A stretch of DNA of 63,762 nt, counting the filler, from Reclinomonas americana ATCC 50394 (lineage: Eukaryota): assembly GCA_048213135.1 (NCBI GenBank). It is 21 parts of 21 records of this genome, joined end to end, with 100 filler letters (N's around TTAATTAATTAA, not from the genome) between each part and the next. Parts side by side here need not be neighbours in the genome. Positions count along the whole stretch, not along the records: positions 56,840 to 58,606 come from AFZH01018054.1; positions 58,707 to 60,893 come from AFZH01018055.1; positions 60,994 to 62,384 come from AFZH01018056.1; positions 62,485 to 63,762 come from AFZH01018061.1; 17 more parts are not named here. One strand, given 5' to 3'. The first letter of the stretch is position 1, and each line of letters starts with the position of its first letter. The position numbers and the translations under genes are program-made. The notes under the pieces were generated by a model. It had not been told where the DNA came from and did no database searches. It saw only the letters and a program-made list of their open reading frames with translations. Positions 56,840 to 63,762 of the stretch are shown in pieces.

Positions 56840-58606
56840 ACAATGGTCAGTGAGAGCGAGAGCCGCAGGAAGCAGAGAGACGTGCTGTCTCATGCATGCA
56901 TGCGTGTGCATAGGTGCGGTGCACCTGACGCCGCTGCACACGACGCTGCAGTTCACACCGGGTTCCGAAGACGATCCGCAGTCGGCGTTCACGGCGGCGG
57001 CGACCACCACCAGCACCTCGGCGTCGGCCTCGGCTGCTGCTGCGGCGGCGTCGAGCATGGAACGCGCCGCGGCGATGAAGGTCGATGGGTGAGTGCCTCT
57101 CTTCTGTCTCTCTTGTCCTGGCCTGTGCCATGCTCTGATCTCTGTGCGGTGTGAGTAGTGCTTCTGGAGGCTCGTCGGCGGCAATGGCCGGTGCGTCGCC
57201 GGAACCGAAGCGACGCGAGAGTCATCGACAACTGGAGGCCTACATGCGATCGTATCCGTACATGGTGGAGCGAGAACGCGAGGAGAAGTTTATCGAGTAT
57301 GCCTACCGACCGCCTTCGGTGTGTGTATGCATGCATGCATGTGCGTGTGTGTGCGTGTCGGCTGCGTGAAATGGTCCTCACGACCGTGCTGCAGGATCGG
57401 AGATCGCAGGAGATGCGGCAACGACTGGCCGCTGAGCCGCGGCACATGCGCTCGGTTCGCGACTTGTGCGGGGGAAGATACTAATGTCTGGTCTCATTGC
57501 ATCGTACACTGCAGGGACCTGCATTCGACATGTCGCCACAAGCGTTCCTCGACGCACTGTGTCCCATGGAGGATCGCACGGCGGGGGGCCAGGGAGTCAG
57601 AAGTGTGTCATTTCCTTGCCGCGAGTTGTTGTTGTCTGTGGCTTACATTCCATCTCACGAGCAGGTGCCGCGGATCACTCGGCACGAGTCAACAGCCAGG
57701 CGCAACTCAATCACAACATCAATGCCGAGCTGGCGGCCAAGGGTGGTCTCAAGCTGCGACCGATTGCCGATGTGGCCTCCACATTCACGATGCCTCGGTT
57801 CGATGCATGTCTGGCGTGATTGGAGGGGGAAAGGGTGACTGATTGACCATGGTGGTGAGCAGACCATCGCTGTTCTCGGCCACTGGTTTGCCAAAGATCC
57901 GGACGTTGCGAGAGCGCATCCGATTGTTGTTGGAGGAAGGTGTGTGTGTTGCGCGTTGTAAGTGAGGTGGATGAGCGACATTGCTCATGTTTCTTTCACG
58001 ACATGAAGCTCGCATCGTCAAGTTCTCTCGTGTGGAGGCTCTGTGCATAACAGAGGAGCATGCGGCGGTGGATGTTGTGCGTGAACTGCGTGCCGTGGCA
58101 TGCATGGTGCGCGGAGCATGGGTGTACCGAAGGTACGGCGTCGACACAGAAGGGCGCTCCGCCGGGGATGCTCATCACTCACACACGACGGCACAGTGAG
58201 TTTGTCTTCCCGGAGCTGCCGTACATGGTGGAGATCCGTGATCGCATTCTGCTCGAGTTTGTCAATCACGAATTCGTGGAGAAGAGGAATCTGCCGACGG
58301 AGCTCATGAATGTCGATCGCGAAATCATCCAGTTGCGTGACTTTGAGGACAGAGAGCGGCAAGACCGCGCAGCGACTCATGCATTCCACAGCTTCCTGTT
58401 CACGGAGGTGGCCGAACTGGTGCCCGGCAAGAGACATTGGCGCTTGCGGGTGACCGACGATGAGCAGGCGCTGGTGGACAGGTGAGTCGTCGATCTATTT
58501 CCGAGGTTGCCTTGTAGTCGCCTCTCACGCCTTCCTTATCGTGAACAGATTTCCGGAGTTGCTGCAAAACGACTCGGACTTGTACTGGCCGTCACGGCGC
58601 GACGAG
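56840..58606 (+). CDS. POLR3E: RNA polymerase III subunit RPC5 (Sin-like), both ends in gaps
   Basis: VHLTPLHTTLQFTP, RSYPYM...EE, MSPQAFLDAL, LRAVACMVRGAWVYRSE, RDRILLEF and DRFPELLQ...W are colinear with RPC5. Confidence 0.85.
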
Positions 58607-58811
58607 NNNNNNNNNNNNNNNNNNNNNNNNNNNNNNNNNNNNNNNNNNNNTTAATTAATTAANNNNNNNNNNNNNNNNNNNNNNNNNNNNNNNNNNNNNN
58701 NNNNNNCAATGGACAAGAGGGGGGAGAGAGAGCGAGGCGAAGGAAAACAGAGTGGCGATGCACGTAAGCACGCGCGCGCGCGTCATCGCATCACACCGCC
58801 AATCCCGAGCA

Positions 58812-60893
58812 TCACTCCACAGTCATCATCTCGTAGCCACCAGACTGGTCGTACGAGTAGCGTTGTGCGAAGGCAGCTGTTGCGCACGAATGGCAATCGA
58901 TCAGTCTTCTGCTCGACAACAACGCGTGTGTGGAACAGTGCCGCCTCTCACCCTTTTGGTTGAATGGTGTGTGGTGGTACGGCTCAATGACTTCCAATGG
59001 TACGCCTGTTGAGCTGCCGGATGCCTCGCCTGCGCCGCCGTGGTACATGACATCGTCGCACTGGAAGCTGACGGCTGAGTCTGTCGAATCGGCCGAGCCA
59101 CCACGGTCAATGCCGTCGCCGAGCGACTGATGCGACTCGACGCACACGCCCTGCGACGCCTGAATGTGCGCGCCAATGCGGCACACCACTTGCTCTGTGC
59201 AGCAATGGCACGACGACTCGTGGACACTGGCCGAGTGGGCGCACAGCTGTGTGGTTCGCGTGTGAGCAATCTTTGTGCAAGAAGAGAACGATCTCCAATA
59301 AACAAGCAAACAAACAAACCTCCTGCTGGTAGCGCTGGAAGTCGCTGGTGGAGATTGACAGGTTGAAGTTGATGAGGTAGAGGAACTCGAGCTCCAGTGC
59401 GTTCATCTCCTTGTTCGAGACACCACCGACGCGGGCGTAGTAGCCGTTGTTGTAGTAGACATCGTCAAAGAACTTGGCGGCCGTCATCACCGAGGTGACC
59501 AACAATCGGTGCACGTTCAGCGTTGAGATGATGAAGCCCGGATTCCGGTGAATCAGACGGTCGAGGTAGATCAGGGCAACCACAAAGCACTCGGGTGAGC
59601 AGTGCGCGTACTTGACAAGCCGGTCGAGGTAGGCGCGAATGGTGATGGCTGGTGTCTTGAGCGCGTGGAAAATCGTGACTTGTTGTGCTGACAATGACAA
59701 CTGTGCGCGGGGGAGAGGCGTGGTGAGAGACTGAGGAAAGAGGGTGGAGGGAGAGAGGGTGGAGAGGCGGGGACACCCGAATTGAACATTGGTGGCGGGG
59801 GAAAAGAGGGCCGGACATGAAGAGAAACACAACGACACGGCACAAGCACGGCACAAGCACACGTGCCGGGCAAAACAAGTAGGAGCAATCCCAAAGTGGA
59901 AACGGGTGCCGCCACGCAACCGGAAGGCAGGTGCAAGGGAGAAAGCGGATGAAACGCAGAATCGATCTTTTTTCGGCAATGTGCGACTGAAGGAATTGAT
60001 AGGGCGCATATTGACCACACACACACACACACACACTCGGCAGAATGTGCACCCCCGAGGGGGGCGTGACAGAAGAGGGAGAAGGAGGAGGAGGAGGCGT
60101 GGGGGAAAAACTTGCAGACTCAAAGTGGCCACGTCCGCTCATCGCAACGCGTGCACCACCCTCCACAGCCATCCACACACGCACGCAGAGACCCGCGCCC
60201 GCGGGGCAAACGGAAGAGTAGCCAATGCACGTCCACAAGCACACCGAGAGAAAATGTGTAGACACCGGAGTGAAAGAAGAGCGGGGAGAGAAGTGGTGAA
60301 CTGCGAGAAGGAATCTCGTGCAGCAGTCATACCGACAACGACTACAAAATAAAAACGCCTCTCTCTTCTCACAGGCACGCACGCACACAAGCACACACAC
60401 ACACCCCAAGCAGCGGGGAGAGGAAGAGCGAAAGAAAGAAAGAGAGGCGCGGGGCAGGGGGAGGAGGAGATGGCGCGATCAAAAAAGACCAAGATGGAAA
60501 TCGCGCGGCCCGCTAACCGTCTCTCGCGCCCGCGCGCTCTCGTTAATTGCACCCTCTCTTTCCCTCCCCACACATACACACCCACTGTGCCCAACACAAC
60601 ACACACCAAGAAAAAAAGCGCACAAGACAACATGGAAGCGCATCATCATCATTCATCACAACACTCACCTCATCATTACGCGACGTGATTTGTGACAGGA
60701 CTGTGCGCGTGGTGACACGAGGTGAGCGACACGCAGTGAGAGGGGGAAGGCGGCCAACAGCAAGTGGAGACGCACCACAGCTGAGAATGGGCACAAAGAA
60801 TGCGTTGGCGGTTTCGGCATCGGCCAGTGACTGTGTCGCCTCCTCAATCAGACACAACGGTGGCGACGGTGGCGGTGGTGGTGCACGACGATG
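58812..60893 (-). CDS. PHO80-like (cyclin P/U) cyclin, 5' end in a gap
   Basis: VLSQITSRND...IFHALKTPAITIRAYLDRLVKYAHCSPECFVVALIYLDR...NVHRLLVTSVMTAAKFFDDVYYNNGYYARVGG...LELEFL. Confidence 0.9.
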
Positions 60894-60993
60894 NNNNNNN
60901 NNNNNNNNNNNNNNNNNNNNNNNNNNNNNNNNNNNNNTTAATTAATTAANNNNNNNNNNNNNNNNNNNNNNNNNNNNNNNNNNNNNNNNNNNN

Positions 60994-61224
60994 TTCTTTG
61001 TGCATCCGAAGTGGGCGCGGCGCGGCTGCGGTCGCCACCTGCTGCACACGTGCGAGCGTGCGTTGCAGGAGGCGGGGTTCCGCGTCGCCGAGCTGGTGGC
61101 CACGCGAACTGGCGAGCCGCTCTACGCGGCGCATGGCTTTGAGGTGGTGGAGAGATACGAGCTGGCGATGAGCGGCAGTGAGGAGAGGCTGCCGGTGGCG
61201 CGCATGAGAAGAGTGTATCGGTGA
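60994..61224 (+). CDS. GNAT acetyltransferase, C-terminal half
   Basis: Motif A FVHPKWARRGCGRHLL and motif B ATRTGEPLYAAHGF. Confidence 0.85.
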   Translation, partial: FFVHPKWARRGCGRHLLHTCERALQEAGFRVAELVATRTGEPLYAAHGFEVVERYELAMSGSEERLPVARMRRVYR

Positions 61225-61261
61225 CTCATTCGTCGCGCGCGGACCACACTGCTTTTTTTAG

Positions 61262-62124
61262 ATGGACTTGTCGGTGTTGTGGCTGTTCTTTGCGATTCTC
61301 GTGTTCTTCCACGCGGGAGAGGTGCTGCTGGTGTGGGCCTACAACCCAGAGCAGCTGAGCTGGGACTGTTGCGTCATGTGCATGAAAGAGAGTGTGTGCA
61401 TGCCCTTCTCAATCAATCACACACATGCACAGCGACGCTGATCACGTGGCCGTACACGTTTGCGGTGTCATGTGGTGTGAGCGAGTTTGTGGCGACCGAG
61501 TGGATGTGGCCGTCGCTGAAGCACGTCGATGCCATCTTCTACTTGGGATTGACAATGGCGGTGGTGGGCGAGCTGCTGCGCAAGGTCGGTATGGTCACGG
61601 CCAAGCACAACTTTACGCACCTGGTGAGTGAGCGCGCGCGCGCATCCACATCGGTGTTGTTGTTGTTGTGCTCATCGCCGAGGCAGGTGCAATACGAGAA
61701 GCGCCAGAAGCATCGACTCGTCACCTGGGGCATCTACAGGTCTCTCTCTCTCTCTCTCTCTTGCACTGCGTGTGCGCCCTCTCACTGCTGCCGTCCTGTC
61801 TCATGCCCCGTGATTGCATGCAGATTCGTGCGGCATCCGGGCTACCTTGGCTTCCTGCTCTTCGCCGTCGGTCTGCAAGTGATGCTGCACAATGTGGTGT
61901 CGACACTCGGCTTTGCCTACGTGCTGTGGAGGTTCTTCACCGATCGTCTCGAGTTGCGTTGTGCGCTCACCAGCAGGTGTGGGAGAGAGAGAGAGAGAGA
62001 TATCGAACCTGCTCACTTGTCTGCTTGCGACAGGGACGAGGAGGAGATGCTGGGCAAGTTCTTTGGTGCCGAGCATGCGGCGTATCGTGCGCGTGTGTGG
62101 AGTGGCATCCCGGGATGGCCGTGA
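61262..62124 (+). CDS. ICMT: Isoprenylcysteine carboxyl methyltransferase, 5 exons
   Basis: GELLRKVGMVTAKHNFTH, HRLVTWGIYRFVRHPGYLG, FFTDRLEDEE..L..FFG. Confidence 0.92.
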
Positions 62125-62220
62125 GAAGGAGGAAGAGAAGCTTGCAGTCATAAAGAGCGGAGTCCTCTCGTTGCATTTCGTCCTTTGCCAGTTTGTGGTT
62201 GTGCGCCCATCGCTGCGACG

Positions 62221-62384
62221 ATGTGGAACCGTTTGAGCACGCTGTACGAGCAGTACAAGATACCCTTCACCGTCATCTCCACGATGCTCACCACTGGCGA
62301 GTTGTCTCTCCTCACACACAAACACACACGCGCGCGCGCGCGAGTAGATTCACTCGCACTCATCTTGCCATCCTTCGCATAGGT
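62221..62384 (+). CDS. First exon of an unknown, probably small membrane protein; truncated by a gap
   Basis: MWNRLSTLYEQYKIPFTVISTMLTT followed by an intron-like segment ending CATAG. Confidence 0.4.
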
Positions 62385-62484
62385 NNNNNNNNNNNNNNNN
62401 NNNNNNNNNNNNNNNNNNNNNNNNNNNNTTAATTAATTAANNNNNNNNNNNNNNNNNNNNNNNNNNNNNNNNNNNNNNNNNNNN

Positions 62485-63495
62485 ACTCAAAGCCGACACC
62501 CACACCCTTGCAACCCTCGCGAGTCACCGGCTCGTACTGCGACATACGACTGACCTTGTGCCAGGCACGAGTCTCTGTGCGCACCAGTGAGCGCTCGCAG
62601 GTGTGGCGGCTCTGCGTGAAGACGACGACGACGACTCCTCACCAGGTGTCAGCATGTACACATGGGCACTCGTCTCACCCGGCACTGCGCTGCCGTTCAC
62701 TGCACACCGGCTGCGCATCAGTACTTGTCGACTGGCAGAAAAACCCCGAGCGACACACTCCTCTACTGACCTGCCAGCACCAAATGGTCGTTGAATTGCA
62801 CTGCTGTGGAGTACATGCGTTCACGAGGCTTCGCGCCACCGACTGCGTCCTTGCTCCACACAAACTGCTCCTCGGCGAGCAAATGCGACAGCGATGAGCC
62901 TTCGGCGGCAGCGGAGGGGCCGGCCGCTGTCGACGCACCCGCCATCATGGTCTCTGTGCTGTCCACGGCCATTGGTCGCACACCCGTCGCCGCCACTACG
63001 TGGTGAATCGTGAGCAAGCAGCGAGTGGGCGATGTAATCCACTGATCGCCACGCACCGGCTTGTGACAGGCGGCGAAAGTGGTGCGGCAGGAAGGAGCGA
63101 ATGATCGAGGCCAGCGAGTGGTTGCGCACCAAGTGAAACGACGTCAACTTCTTGCCCGTCATCGGCGACGACGCATGTCGATCGAGCCACTCGACAATCG
63201 ACGCTCGCTCATACGTAATGCCGTCGCCCACGCAGATCACCGGATCCTTCATGACGTTCTTGGTGATGGGACACAGAAACTCGTGTGGCACCTACACGAT
63301 GTGAGCGATGAAGGAGAGAAAGAGGCTCGTGCGTGGGAACACAGTCGAACCTCATCATCGGGGTTCAGGAACTGTGAGAAGAAGCTCTTGGAGACGCGCG
63401 ACAGACACTCCTCGGCCGCCTCGACATCGCCAGCTGTGATGGCAGTCGCATCGGACTCCTCCTGTCGGAGACAACTCCTGTTATCACACCGATCG

Positions 63496-63539
<44 letters not shown>

Positions 63540-63762
63540 TGCATACGCGCACGCACAGTGAATCGCTCCAGCAGCGACTGCGCCAGCTTGGCCGTGTGTT
63601 CGAGTGTCGGCCGCGTCGACGACTCGGGAATATTGCGCGCTGGTGCCAGAGCTCGGTAGGCGCGAATCAATCGCTCAAACCGCTCACTGCCTACGGTTGC
63701 ACATCGACCCACAAAGAAGGAGAAGAGAGACTGTGAGCAGGCGCGACACAATCACACAAAGG
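62485..63762 (-). CDS. U-box E3 ligase-like protein with a downstream kelch-like segment, partial
   Basis: VPHEFLCPITKNVMKDPVI..DGITYERASIVEWL...SPMTGKKL...N.SL is a canonical U-box; the next exon has KPRERMYSTAVQFNDHLVLA (kelch-like). Confidence 0.82.

Noticed and set aside
59702..60668. Several ORFs upstream of the main cyclin exon
   Set aside because: They lie inside a long intron; the cyclin N-terminus splices from the exons at 60669-60893.

Overview
Gene-dense, intron-rich nuclear DNA from a eukaryote, probably a protist; the lineage cannot be identified from the sequence alone. Contigs are joined by artificial ~100-nt spacers (N-run, TTAATTAATTAA, N-run). Manual splicing gives about 18 protein-coding genes: a sterol desaturase/hydroxylase, a CDP-alcohol phosphatidyltransferase, a multi-PH protein, SMC4, a degenerate coproporphyrinogen oxidase homolog, a Pro-rich adaptin-ear-motif/UVR protein, a type-B carboxylesterase, a coiled-coil protein, two Cys-rich single-pass membrane proteins, MPG, a NACHT-WD40 NLR-like protein, RPC5, a PHO80-like cyclin, a GNAT, ICMT, a U-box protein, and two fragments. 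Two observations stand out. (1) The NLR-like gene appears to have the architecture ubiquitin-like, HEPN (intact RNxxxH RNase motif), NACHT, pentapeptide, ~13-14 WD40, with most of it in one 4.1-kb intronless exon. (2) About 18 introns have a 'shifted' 5' splice site, GTTGCG, and a few more have GTTGAG, GTTACG, GTTTCG or GTTCTG; these look like the usual donors with an extra T at +3. All exon boundaries are manual inferences without RNA data, and domain calls come from motif recognition, not database searches.
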